A DNA stretch of 64,000 nucleotides from Chiloscyllium plagiosum (Eukaryota), in contig NC_057711.1 in the NCBI RefSeq assembly GCF_004010195.1, positions 79,764,361 through 79,828,360 on the forward strand, in the 5' to 3' direction. Shown here one piece after another: positions 38,044 to 50,769 of this stretch. Under the pieces are notes generated by a model that had not been told where the DNA came from, made no database searches, and saw only the letters and a program-made list of their open reading frames with translations. Each line of letters opens with the position of its first letter. Within the stretch, counting starts at the first letter, position 1. Made by a program: the position numbers and the translations under genes.

Positions 38044-40367
38044 GAGCAAACACACCAACAAACTAAATTTGCAAAGCAATGAGCATGACTATCATGATCT
38101 CAGCTTGGGTTTCCACTACAGCCCTGAAATGCTGGGTTTCTGTTTGTGCTGCAGTGGAAGCTGAAACATTGGTGCATCATGGGTAGATCGCAAGAGGTGT
38201 CATGGAGTTGGCCCATACAGGACAGGACGGTCTTCATTATTTGTGCCAAGGTGGAACAAAACCTTTCCTTGTTCCTTGACAGTGACTGCAGTTTCTATGG
38301 CAGAGTGAGTCAGCACTCACTGGCCAGGCAATAAGTTTTGCGTAGTAAAACAAAAATGCAAACCTAACATCCTAATTCAAGGAAACGCAGGGAGATGTAA
38401 ACCAGGAAAGCCATGGTCACTTTAGCTTCCATTCCATGCCAAATATTACATTGAGAGTGAATTGGACTTGGGAAGGAGCACAAGTAAGATGCATACTATC
38501 ATCCTGGAGATACTGAATGCCATGAGCTCAGTGACTGCAAGCCATTTAACATAGTACATGGTGTCTTCTAAGGTGACAGGAGATGGAGCTGAGACTGATT
38601 CTCTGCCGTTCCCGGTGGTTATGTGTAATCACATCCTGTATGAAAGAGCAAAGGATGACAATACATCAGGGTGTTTATGTGATATCATTGCTATTTCTGG
38701 TATTTGGTAACTGAGATGACTGATCTATCTGAGAATGAGATGCAGCAATTGAATGTTCGGCATGGCTCCTGATTGCTGATGGATGAGTGATTGGGCTGTA
38801 ATCCTTTGTGTAGCATAAGAGGTTTTGGATACATAATAAGTATTTATTTGAAGATACATTCACTAACCTTGACCACCTCCGGGAGATTGTAAATTATTTG
38901 CTCTAGATTCATCTTGAAGATGGACTCTCAAAATTGACATTTATTACCATTAGCACCCTTCAGGGGTGTGCCTGACTCCCTGTGGAAGTAACATCTCTCT
39001 TCTCCTTTCTTCTTCCATCAGTAAGATCTCCAGTGCTACACCTCAGAACCTGGGAAGCTTTTCTCTGACTTTTTGCTTCAATCCCAATCTTCTTCCTTCC
39101 ATTAAAACCTTTCTGTGACTGTTCTAGTAGCTGCTATTGCTTGAATGTATCTTCCTTTTAAGAAGGACAGACTGCCTTTAAGAAGTAAAGGCAAGCTAAA
39201 ACAACTGCTGCTGGATCTTCTGCTTAGCATGAAGCTAGTCAGCAGAGGGCTTCACACTGGGTTGTATGGTGCAATCATAATTGTTGAGCAAGTAGTGCTA
39301 CTTGCTTCAACAGGACCTAGTGCAGGACAATTATGTATTATTTTTCACACATCCATAAACATTCCTTCTTGAACTTTACTCCGACCCTCATGTCTCAAAG
39401 TTAATGACTGTGAAAACTAGGAGTTAATCTTTGCTATTTACAACTTCCCTTGGGATTGAGATTCCACTGGGCAGCATTTTTTAAAACACATAATTAAATA
39501 TGCAGGCATAAGACACCACAAGTCTAGTTAGTCTCTGTAAGATCAATACATTTCCTTTGCTCACTCATCTAACATTTTAGTTGCTTCTCTATATGGGTAC
39601 TAACACTATATGAATGATATTGTCTACCACTCATTTATTAACCTGCAATTTTCCTATATCATATTCTACTACTTCTATTCAATGTATCTGTTGAGCTGCT
39701 GATTTGCAAAGAAAATGGAAATGCTGGAAAAACTCAGTGTGTGATGGTGACTGGTGGAAAGAGCAAAGTTCGTGTTCCGAGTTGAATGATTGTCAGGTAT
39801 AATTTGTGACATTTCAGGTATTTTAAATAAGCTGAAGTTTCATTCACTGAAGGAAATAGTTGATATTCATTCTGGTTGAGCCTTTATGCAAAAGGACTTG
39901 TGGACGGAGTGGCAGAAAATCCTAGACGTCTTCCATTCTGTGATTCAAGAGACCAGGCACTGGAATTTCAGTGGGGAGTCAGAAACCTGCACCACATCAG
40001 TAACAAATCTGCAACATGATTTTTAAATGCAAAGGCATTAATTGGAGAGGAGATGAATTTGAAGTCTACTTAATGGCATCAAGATCAGCCTGGAAGCAAT
40101 TCCTCATTGCAGAGGGTGGTTTTAAAATGCAAGGCGCAGTAGCCATGACTGTGTTTGCTATTTCCAGGAGGGATTGAGCAGCTCAGAACTCAGAGGACCA
40201 CTACTGGCCTGATAAGATGTCCCTGGGCAACCTTATGCTTTTCCAGTACCTCCCTTAGGGACTTCAATTGAGGGACGAAAACAATTCTTTTTGAAATTTC
40301 TTCTTGCAGAGAACTCCAGTCAGCGTCTGGTGTCAATAACAGGAATGGATTTTCTGGATGAAAGTGC

Positions 40368-40500
40368 AACCAAAATGCTGTGAATGCTGGAAACCTGGAA
40401 GTGAAACAGAAAGTGTTAAAGAAACCTAGCCAGTCTGGCAGCATCCATGGAAAGCGAAACAGAGTTAACATTTCGTGCCCGACCTGACTCTTCCTCTGGA
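40368..40500 (-). mobile_element. Older Penelope pLTR-like short element with degenerate hammerhead motif
   Basis: Minus strand CAGAGGA-A-GAGTC..GGCAC-GAAATGTT-AACT..GATGCTGCCAGAC; related fragments at about 28510-28590 and 39710-39790. Confidence 0.55.
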
Positions 40501-41765
40501 CACAATCATGTTAAGAAAAGTCAAATCATAAACTTTAACTTGAAACTGTACACCATCAGTGACATTCAACGGTCAACATTTCAGAGATCTTGCTGTTTTG
40601 TGCACTTTACTGTGATTCCCCTGGCCTCATTCAGACTCGTACTGCATGCTGCTCTGTAGGAAGGGGCCACTCTGTCAATGCAAGAGCTAATGCATCAAGT
40701 CCATTGAAACATGCACGGACACCTCCATTGCCTGTCTGTAGCTCTGCAACACCTCAAGAATCACTAACATTCAGGAGCTCAACTGTTTCCAATGGCACAG
40801 AAAATCTGAGTTAAAGGAATTAATAGGTTTATATTCAATCTGGTGACCCTATCTAACATTCGAGGATCCCATGAAAAAGCTGAGGTAGGTCAAAATGCTG
40901 GTGATGACCCACTTCAATGTGCAGCAGGAGCAGTCCTTACGTCTTAGGCTTCTCTGACTAAAGAACCATCGATGAAGTGGTTGTCCCTGCCATGGTGCTC
41001 CCAAAGGGGCCTCCACAATGAGGATGGAAGCCAAAAGCATCTCAGCCCTGAGCAGAGGCAAGTGAGCAGACTGCCTCCACCTTATCGAAAACACACAGGG
41101 CAAGAGCACCCAAAGCAGTATTGGCAATACCAGAAACCTCATTGGTGGTTACATTTGTAAGTCACTCAGAGATATTTTCAGATATTTAAAATTGACATTT
41201 AATCTGTTAAACTGATTCTACTGATGAGCAGACCTGTGATTTATCATTTCTTGATGACAAGACAGAGATGGGGGAATGGCAGGGCTGAGTGCAGCAAAGG
41301 GGCCTGATTTTGCTGCAGCTTTATGGTCTGTTTCTGGGGAGACTGTCGGTCATGGAAATCTCAATCTTCAGTCAAAATGGGTGACAATGGGAATCTTCAG
41401 ATGTGTGCTTACTGAATGTTTCCTCTCCCTAATGTAGGGAGGAGTGGCAGGAAACAGTCAGAGGGTCTCAGAAGCACTCAAGTGAAATGTTGCTGAGTCA
41501 GCGTGACCCTTATGACCCTTCCAATTTTCTGATTACTATGAATACTGGGAAAGTCTCAGCGAGCTTTCCTCAACGCATTGGCATCAGGCTCCTCTGTCCC
41601 TCCCTGTCATCCTCCAAGGAGAAGTGGGGTTTCAGATCCTCCTCTCATCTGTTCAATGCTGATACTTATTAGGAGAGGACTTTGATTTATTGTTCCTCTT
41701 TGCCTCTGATTCAAGTTTGCAAAGGGATATCAAGAGCTACCTTTTGAATAACCTTTATCAGCCAA

Positions 41766-41935
41766 GCAGGAGAAAGTGAGGACTGCAGATGCTGGAGATC
41801 AGAGCTGAAAATGTGTTGCTGGAAAAGCGCAGCAGGTCAGGCAGCATCCAAGGAACAGGAGAATCGATGTTTCGGGCTTATGCCCGAAACGTCGATTCTC
41901 CTGTTCCTTGGATGCTGCCTGACCTGCTGCGCTTT
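41766..41935. mobile_element. Fold-back (inverted) Penelope pLTR insertion with 13-bp TSD
   Basis: Arms 41824-41877 and 41882-41935 (54 bp, one G-U); TSD CTTTATCAGCCAA at 41753-41765 and 41932-41944. Confidence 0.92.
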
Positions 41936-42547
41936 ATCAGCCAACCACCCAGGCAACTGCTCAGGAGCTGCATACAGACCTGAGACTGAGAATTACAACT
42001 GAAACAACAGTACATCCAACAGCATCTATTAACAAATATCTTCATACCTATAGAGTTGCAAAACTATTTTAATGCACATATAGTTATGTCCTAGGGCATC
42101 AGTCTCAGTTGAATACAATTGTAAATATTAACCTAAAATGTACCGAGTCAACCAAATTTAAATGAAGCCTGCTATATTGAAAATTTATGGTTAGATGATC
42201 AACTAATCATTAGAAACGTCACTGGTTTTAATGTTCCTGTGTTTGAAAGAATGTATGAATAGGTTGAATGCAATAAGTCAACAGTAATGGACCAAATCAT
42301 CATAGTCTGTCTTAAAGGCTGGAGTCTTGCTTTAAAAGAGACCAATGTAAAGTAACTATCAGCTGAACAGAGAGTGCTGATCACAGATTTGTGCTGTGTA
42401 AATATATTAAAGTTGATTGGATGACAGAAATGTAGTAACTACATGATTAAGCTAAAATCAAGAGATAAGCCTCTTTCCAGGGAAAAAGAACAAGTCCTAA
42501 TGGATAAGTGATCAAACTGGCCATGGAAAACAGCACATTTGTGATAG

Positions 42548-42785
42548 GAGCAAATTACTGCTGATTCTGGGACTGGCAGTTCTGAGGAAGGGTCACTGGA
42601 CCCAAAATATGAACTCTGATTTCTCTTTACAGATGCTGCCAGACCTGCTGAGCTCTTCCAGCACTTTTTGTTTTTGTTTCTGCAAATGCTGGAATCAGTA
42701 CTGAGACAAAAGTGCTGGAGTCAGGCATCATCCATGGAGAAAGAGCAAGATAACATTTTGATGTAGATAACTTTTCATCAGAGCA
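42548..42785. mobile_element. Two older pLTR-like short elements in opposite orientation, each with a hammerhead-like motif
   Basis: Plus: AGTT-CTGAGGA-A-GGGTC-ACTG-GACCC-AAAATATG-AACT at about 42578-42615; minus: CTGATGA..AAAATGTT at about 42750-42783. Confidence 0.6.
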
Positions 42786-43638
42786 TCAGAACACATCTGT
42801 AATGTTTCCAGTGGTCAAACTGATCAAATTGCTGGAGACTGGACCATGTTAAAGTTTGAATACACAACCTGTAGTATGAAGAAAAGGTGTTAGGGGACTA
42901 ACCTCAGTGTGATAGTTAACTAGCTCAGGATGGGATTATCTTATCAATGACTGGAAGCTGAGACGAAATGAGACAAAATCTGTTTCAGTCTGATTCTCGG
43001 ATAAATCCACATAAACTGGATCACTTGTAATAGTAAGCATTGTATGGGTAAGATCTTTGCAGCTTTTTTTTTAATGGTGTACTATGCTGTCCCATTGTTA
43101 GAACTGATATCCAGAGTAAACCTAACTGACACGGGAAAGTCAGAATAAAAGCCTATGACAGTGATTGGATCTGATCTGACTCGGACCCCTTGCTTTCTTG
43201 TGGGATTCCACCTTAATATTCCCGCTCTGACAGCACTGATGATAGGCCTTTATCCTTTGGTTGGATATCAATTGATCTTGTATTAATCCTCTGTGCTCCT
43301 TGATTTGTTTCTGAGGTAGCGATTAGTCTTTGATTGATCCACATCGAATTGAAGTTAATTCAAAATATCATGCATTGCCTATTTTCCCCTAATTGATATT
43401 TTTCCAGTACATGGTGTTCTTACCACAGGATAACTAGACTACTTGCCTTGATGTTTCTTTCTAAATTCAACTGTCTTGTATTAAAGTTATGAATCATCAT
43501 TTTTATTTAAGGTCAGTTGAGAAAAGACAACCGTTTCTTTGCAAGTCATGCAACATTCTTGAGACTTGCAAGAATTATCAGCACACTATTTCAATATAGT
43601 AAAGGATATTCTTAGAATCAACATGTTATGCCACACGA

Positions 43639-46303
43639 TAAAAACAAGGGCTGCAGATGCTGGAAACCAGATTCTAGATTAGAGTGGTGCTGGAAAAGCA
43701 CAGCAAGTCAGGCAGCATCCGAGGAGCAGGAAAATCGATGTTTCGGGCAAAAGCCCTTCATCAGGAATAGAGGCAGAGTGCCTGCAGGGTGGAGAGATAA
43801 ATGAGTAGAGGGTGGAGGTTGGGAGAAAGTAGCATAGAGTACAATAGGTGAGTGGGGGCAGGGATGAAGGTGATAGGTCAGGGAGGAGGGTGGAGTGGAT
43901 AGGTGGAAAGGAAGATAGGCAGGTAGGACAAGTCATGGGGACAGTGCTGAGCTGGAAGTTTGGAACTGGGGTGAGGTGGGGAAGGGGAAATGAGGAAACT
44001 GTTGAAGTCCACATTGATGCCCTGGGGTTGAAGTGTTCCGAGGCAGAAGATGAGACATTCTTCCTCCAGGCGTCAGGTGGTGAGGGAGCGGCAGTGGAGG
44101 AGGCCCAGGACCTCCATGTCCTCGGCTGAGCAGGAGGGGGAGTTGAAATGTTGGGCCACAGGGCGGTGGGGTTGATTGGTGTGGGTGTCCCAGAGATGCT
44201 CCCTAAAGCGCTCTGCTAGGAAGTGAGCAGTCTCCCCAAAGTAGAGGAGGTCGCATCGGGAGCTACAGATACAATAAATGATACTGGTGGAAGTGCAGGT
44301 GAAACTTTGATGGATGTGGAAGGCTCCTTTGGGGCCTTGGATGGAGGTGAGGGAGGAGGTGTGGGCGCAGGTTTTGCAATTCCTGCGGTGGCAGGGGAAG
44401 GTGCCAGGACGGGAGGGTGAGTTGTTGGGTGGCGTGGACCTGACCAGGTAGTCACAGAGGGAATGGTCTTTGCAGAAAGCGGAAAGGGGTGGGGAGGGAA
44501 ATATATCCCTGGTGGTGGGGTCCATTTGGAGGTGGCGGAAATGTCGCGGATGATTTGGTTTATGCAAAGGTTGGTAGGGTGGAAGGTGAGCACCAGTGTG
44601 GTTCTGTCCTTGTTACGGTTGGAGGGGTGGGGTCTGAGGGCGGAGGTGCGAGATGTGGATGAGATGCATTGGAGGGCATCTTCAATGAAGTGGGAAGGGA
44701 AATTGCGGTCTCTAAGGAAGGAGGCCATCTGGTGTGTTCTGTGGTGGAACTGGTCTTCCTGGGATCAGATACGGCAGAGGTGGAAGAATTGGAAATACGG
44801 GATGGCATTTTTACAGGAGGTAGGTTGGGAATAGGTGTAATCCAGGTAGCTGTGAGAGTCGGTGGGTTTGTAAAAAATGTCGGTGTCAAGTTGGTTGTCA
44901 TTAATGGAGATGGAGAGGTCCAGGAAGGGGAGGGAGGTGTCAGAGATGGTCCAGGTAAATTTAAGGTCAGGGTGGAATGTGTTGGTGAAGTTGATGAATT
45001 GCTCAACCTCCTCGCGGGAGCACGAGGTGGCGCCAATGCAGTCATCAATGTAGCGGAGGAAGAGGTGGGGAGTGGTGCCGGTATAACTACGGAAGATGGA
45101 CTGTTCCACGTAGCCAACAAAGAGACAGGCATAGTTGGGGCCCATACGGGTGCCCATAACTACCCCTTTTGTCTGGAGGAAGTGGGAGGATTCGAAGAAG
45201 AAATTATTGAGGGCGAGGACCAGTTCAGCCAAACGAATGAGAGTGTCGGTGGAAGGGTACTGTTGGGGACATCGGGAGAGGAAGAAACGGAGGGATCGGA
45301 GGCCCTGGTCATGGTGGATGGAGGTGTAGAGGGATTGGATATTCATGGTGAAGATGAGGCGTTGGGGGCCAGGGAAACGGAAGGCTTGGAGGAGGTGGAG
45401 GACGTGGGTAGTGTCTCGAACGTATGTGGGAAGTTCCTGGACTAGGGGAATAGGACAGTGTCGAGGTAGGTAGAGATGAGTTCAGTGGGGCAGGAGCATG
45501 CTGAGACAATGGGTCAGCCAGTGTGGTCAGGCTTGTGGATCTTGAGAAGGAGGTAGAACCGGGCAGTGCGGGGTCCCGGACTATGAGGTTGGAAGCTGTG
45601 GGTGGGAGACCTCCTGAGGTGATGAGGTTCTGTATGGTCTGGGAGATGATGGTTTGGTGATGGGGGGGTGGAGTCATGGTCGAGGGGGCCGTAGGAAGAG
45701 GTGTCCTCGAGTTGGCGTCTGGCTTCAGTGGTGTAAAGGTCAGTGTGCCAGACTACCACTGCGCCCCCTTTATCTGCCGGTTTGATGGTGAGGTCAGGAT
45801 TGGAGCAGAGGGAGTGGAGGGCTGCGCGTTGTGAGGGTGAGAGGATGGAGTGGAGCAGGGGGGTAGACAGGTTGAGGCGGTTAATGTCCCGGCGACAGTT
45901 GGAAATGAAGAGGTCGAGGGCGGGTAATAGGCCAGCACGGGGTGTTCAGGTGAATGGAGTGCGTTGGAGGTGGGCGAAGGGGTCCTCAGAAGGTGGGCGG
46001 GAGTCCTGATTGTGAAAATAAGCTCGGAGGCGGAGACAGCGGAAGAATTGTTCGACGTCACGGCGTGTATTAAATTCATTGATGCGTGGGCGAAGGGGGT
46101 TGAAGGTGAGTCCTTTGCTGAGGGGGCGGTCTGGAGGGATGATGAAAACTCGGCAGGGCTGGGAGCTGGGACCTGGTGTGGGTGTGGAGCTGGGAGTGGG
46201 GATGGAGCCTGTTACTGGAGTGGGCGCTGTGGTGGGGGGAATGGGGGGGGAGTCATGAGCAGGGGTGGTGTTCCCCTCAGGGTTCTGGGGGGTGGGGATG
46301 GTG
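43639..46303 (-). mobile_element. Penelope-like element (RT + GIY-YIG endonuclease + 3' pLTR), frameshifted
   Basis: NIQSLYTSI, QTKGVVMGTRMGPNYA, FLRYIDD, FLDL, FYKPT; IIYCIC..C..LYFGET..RFREH; pLTR 43639-43770. Confidence 0.93.
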
Positions 46304-46385
46304 ACACCTCTGGACCAGGAGGGATTAGAACCTAGGTCTTCGAGCTCAGAAGCAGAGGACAGTTCTACTGCACCACAAGAGCACT
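46302..46385 (-). mobile_element. tRNA-like SINE head; its tail lies at about 43613-43637, split by the Penelope
   Basis: The two pieces join into a sequence collinear with 48635-48728. Confidence 0.6.
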
Positions 46386-46867
46386 AACTGTATTCAAATA
46401 GTGACTGTAATTTTATCATTCACTTCATCAAGTTGATTGTGTTGGCATCACAACCGCAAGTTCATACATCTCAGTGCTGTCATCAATAACTCAACATTTA
46501 TTTCTGTGCTTTTTCAGGCATGCTGAGCTCTTTAATAAATTAATCAATGTCCACATGTTTGTCATTTACGATGGTTTAATTTAACATAAGTTAAATTTAG
46601 TTTAACATTTAGTTTCACAAAAGAAAAATTGTCCAGTTGTTCAGTGTTTGATGATGTGGGACTTAACTCTTTTATGTGCTGTTAGTCAAACCTGGCCATG
46701 ATTACAGAGAAAAAGAAACTAAACTGGAGCAGGAAGGTATAAGTATAAAAGCAACATTTAAACTTTTTAAATATCTCCTGCTGCGCATTGTTGTGGAGTA
46801 AGTGAGTGAGATGAAAATGCATGGTATGGCTGGTAGTGCTGGTGCAGGGGGGTAGGCAGTGTAGAGA

Positions 46868-47256
46868 CCTTCCAGCTCAGCACCATCCCCATGACCTGTC
46901 CTACCTGCCAATCTCCCTTCCCACTATCCGGTCCACCTTCCCCTCTGACCTATCACCTCCATCCCCACCCCCATTCACCTATTGTACTCATTGCTACCTT
47001 GCTCCACCCTCCTCCCTGACCTATCACCTCCATCCCCACTCCCATTCACCTATTGTACCCTTTGCCACATTCTCCCCCCCACCCCACCCCCATTTATCTC
47101 TCCACCCTGGAAGCTTCCTGCCTCTATTCCTGGTGAAGGGTTTTTGCCCGAAATGTCGATTTTCCTGCTCCTCGGATGCTGCCTGACCTGCTGTGCTTTC
47201 CCAACACCACTCTGATCTAGACCCTGGTTTCCAGCATCTGTAGTCTTCATTTTTGC
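46868..47256 (+). mobile_element. Penelope 3' spacer + pLTR fragment with an internal tandem duplication
   Basis: Reverse-complement match to 43640-43960; repeated CTGACCTATCACCTCCATCCCCAC..CCCATTCACCTATTGTAC unit. Confidence 0.88.
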
Positions 47257-47428
47257 CAGTGCAGAGACCATACAGAGTTAGGAGTGTTGAAGGCTGAACA
47301 GGGTTGGAGGTTCTTTAGAGTAGTTGACAGAAGATGTTGCAGGCAAAGCTGAGTGTGGCTGAGAGTGAGGCTTGATGGGAGGTAGCTTCAGTAAGTGACT
47401 GTAAGGCTATACATAGAAGAGTTTTGGC

Positions 47429-47632
47429 ACTTACCTTGGTAGCACCAAGAAGGTCCCTGAGCTTCTGCAGCAGTGCCATTCTTTGAGAACTCTGGCTCAG
47501 ATGTTGAACTCAGATCAGGCTGCCAGTGACTTGTTGTGTGACCTCCTCTGTCTGTCCTCCAGGAAGAGGATGGCCCTCCACCAGGGCATCCGCATCACCA
47601 TCAGAGAAATGTTCGGGATGCCACTCTTTCAG
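47429..47632 (-). pseudogene. Harbinger-type Myb/SANT exon relic
   Basis: FSDGDADALVE..ILFLEDRQRRSHNKSLAA..KLRDLLGATK followed by GTAAGT donor (boundary 47435). Confidence 0.65.
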
Positions 47633-47984
47633 TAAATAGCCAGTGAGTAGCAAATTGTTCTGGGAATGACACGTGGCCAGATAGAGATAGAATCAGATAT
47701 TAGGGATTGCCGTAGGAGTGAGGTAGGTAGTTTAACATGATGAATCTTTTTAAGATAAGGTGAGAAATCTTGATAGATCTCATGGCAAGAAACACTAAAA
47801 AAAAAACTCAACACAACTTACGCTTGGCCAAAAAGTGATTCTGAAGTGCATCCATGCAAGCCGTCATGGAATTGACTCTAGTTGAAGTAAAGCAAGAGAA
47901 GTACTTTACAGGCTAAATGTGAGCAATGAGATTAAGGACAACATCAGTGAGTAAAGTGCTAGTGATGATTATTAAACTAAGTGA

Positions 47985-48425
47985 ACTGGAATTGAGACTG
48001 AGTGGCAATACACTGAACTGCGAAGGGAGAGTGCGAGAGAATGTGACAGCACACTGAACTGGTAATACACAGAGACAGAGAGACAACACATTGAACTGAG
48101 AATAAAGAGAAATAAACAGAGAACACAATGAATTGAGAACATAAAGAGACAGAGAGACAAGACACTGTATTCAGAATAGAGAGAGACAGACAGGCTACAG
48201 AGTGAATTCTGAATACCGGAGGTAGGCAGACAACACACTGAATTTAGGAATAGAGAAAGAGAGAGAACACACTGAACAGGGAATGCAGAGAGACAGAGAG
48301 TGAGAAGACACTGAATTGAGAAGATAGAGACAGAGAGAGACAATACACTAAACTGGAAGTAGAGACAGACAATGTGACAAGAGAGTGATCTGGGAATAGA
48401 GAGACAGAGAGGCAACACACTGAAG
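47985..48425. repeat. Degenerate minisatellite, unit about 33-35 bp (ACACACTGAAYTGRGAATAGAGAGACAGAGAGA)
   Basis: About 12 recurrences of ACACTGAA-like motifs followed by GA-rich tracts. Confidence 0.8.
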
Positions 48426-48634
48426 TAAGCTAAAAAGGTGTTTACACATAACATCCCAGATAGACCAAAGGACAGATTGGAGTTTAAAAGAAGCTGTTTA
48501 CAGAAGAATACATGGTTTACCTACTTGGCCACCTCACTGGAACTTGCTGACCACCAAAGTAACCAATTCTTCCAATAATAAACATTTTACTCCGCATCTT
48601 ACCTCGTCCTGAGTGGAGATCAATATTAAACACT

Positions 48635-48728
48635 AACTTGTTATGACACACTTCTGGAGCAGGTGGGACTTGAACCTGGATTTACCTGACTCAGAAGTAG
48701 AAACACTACCACTGTGCCACGGATGCCC
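48635..48728 (-). mobile_element. tRNA-like SINE head, same family as the 10.5-11.8 kb copies
   Basis: Minus strand GGGCATCCGTGGCACAGTGGTAGTG...GGTTCAAGTCCCACCTGCTCCA (A and B boxes). Confidence 0.7.
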
Positions 48729-49004
48729 TACCATCCAGATATTACTCTGAGACAAAGTGTAAAGATGGGCTTAAAAGCTGAAGGTACCTCCATTTTGGAA
48801 TGGATTAGATTTTCTCATGTAATTACATTCTTCTCAGCTCATTGCATGAAAGTAAACACCAAACATTTTGGGCGGGAGGGGCAGAAACGTGCACTGGAAC
48901 CATCCAGGCACCATATTTAAAAGCCAGCCAGACAGCCCTTCCCTCCCTGTAATCCAGGAACATGACTCAGACTCTATTGGTGACAGTAACCACTCCTGGA
49001 ATTG

Positions 49005-49238
49005 TCAGTGACCTTGGCAGGCTTTAGCGATGCTTCTCCTTGAGGTTCTGCTGAAAGCTGATGAGATTGGAGAGGACAATGATTTCCTGAGGGGCTGGCA
49101 GCAGGAGGTCATCTCAGCTGACAAAGGCAGCCTGGAACAGAAGTGACTATGGAGGTCAGTGTGTTGGAACTGCACAAGAGACTCTGTCTCCAGTGCCACA
49201 AGAGGAGGAATGATCTACCTTGCTCTGCCAGGGTATGT
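49005..49238 (+). pseudogene. Harbinger-type Myb/SANT exon relic
   Basis: FSDAS/LEVLLKA..SSQLTKAAW..EVTMEVS..CLQC..RNDLPCSAR followed by GTATGT donor at 49233; frameshifted. Confidence 0.7.
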
Positions 49239-50104
49239 ACCACTCATTTCTTTACGGTCTTATGAATGACTTAGTGCTGGAAGATTATCACAGCAGAAAA
49301 TTGTCAAAAACAAGATCAGGTGGCACACACCTTCATCAGATACCTCAAATGTAATCAAGATCTGTCACTTCATTGCAGCTACCAGTACAGCATGTATTCG
49401 GAATACATATCTAGAATTTATGGACTATGTATAGAGCTGGAAGATGTTGAACTGTGTGGACAGCTTATGGATTAAAAAAGGTTTTTACCAAAGATTTAAA
49501 GGGAACACATATTGGTTCTTGGAAATGAAGTCAACAGTTTAATGTGTGCTATAATCCACTGTTGATTACAGAAAGTCAAATGACTTTGAGAAAATAGCCA
49601 AACAAAATAGTGAGAGAGGTAAGAGATGGAGCTATTGTTCTTACAGTTTAGGTATAAACCAGTTATTCAATTTGTTTTTGCTGTTTTACAATAAACAAGC
49701 CAAATGAAGCCAAATGAAAGTCAACTTCATTCTGGATTGCAGTACAAAAAGGAAACAAATAACAATTTTGGTGTTCAAATCAAAAATGTTACCCTAATGG
49801 GTGACTTGTTAACTTGTGGCCCTCAATAAACAGCATATTTTGCCTGTCATAATTATAATAAACTACTTGCATCACTGTGGTACTGTCTCTCACACATCTG
49901 CCAAGGTTCACACATTAAACAAAAAAAGGAACGACAACAACAGCTCACACAGCATCAGTTCATTGACCTTTCATCATAACTAGGAGATTGTACACATCTG
50001 ACAGCTTTGCTCCAGAGGGTTGTACGGGGCAAGGACACAACCACAAAAGATTACATGAGGATAAACACCTCACGGGTATCTCTCGCACACATCATATAAT
50101 GCTT

Positions 50105-50706
50105 TCTCCGGCACGCTTGCCTTCATTGCTCTGAACATTGAGAATAGGAATTGAAATGCTGCAGAAGACATTGGTGAGACCACTTTCAGAATACGGTATA
50201 TATTTCCAGTTGGCTTCCAAAGGAAGGATGTTGTGAAACTTGAAAGGGTGCAGAAAGGATTTACAAGAATGTTGCCAGAACTAGAAGGTTTGAGTTATAG
50301 GGACAGGCTGAATAGGCTGGGGCTTTTCCTTGGAACATTGAAGGCTCAGGGGTGACTTTATAGAGCCTTATGAAGTCATGAGGGGCATGGATAGGGTGAA
50401 TATTTAAGCTCTTTTTCCAAGATGGGGGAGTCCAAGATTAGAGGGAATGATTTGAAAATTACCTGAGGGGTAACCTTTTCATGCATGGGTGGCGAGTGTA
50501 TGAAATGAGCTGCCAGAGGAAGTGGTGGAAGAGGCTACAATTACAAAACTTAAAAGACATCTGAATGGGTATCTGAATAGGATTTAAAGGGATATGGGCA
50601 AAATGCTAGCAAATGGGACTAGGTCAGATTGGAATGTCAAATCTATCTGGATGAGTTGGACTGAAGGGTTAGGTTCCATGCTTTCCATGTTTCTAACTCT
50701 ATGACA
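50105..50706 (+). mobile_element. CR1 3' portion
   Basis: KLERVQKGFTRMLPELEGLSYRDRLNRLG-coding sequence and CR1 tail. Confidence 0.88.
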
Positions 50707-50769
50707 CAATATCATATTCCCATTTCCATTGTAATTTATGCTGTGACTGAGTTTTCTTTCCCACCTGGG

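Noticed and set aside
44669..45445. 258-aa plus-strand ORF (also 56917-58083 388 aa, 44560-45132, 55683-56306)
   Set aside because: Antisense or off-frame shadows of the Penelope ORF; strong G/C strand skew suppresses stop codons and the peptides are low-complexity.
47985..48425. CRISPR-like repeat-spacer array
   Set aside because: Vertebrate context, spacers are related GA-rich tracts, no cas genes.
48635..48728. Functional tRNA gene (and similar heads elsewhere)
   Set aside because: A and B boxes are present, but copies are divergent, share a non-tRNA 3' extension, and I cannot fold a convincing cloverleaf.
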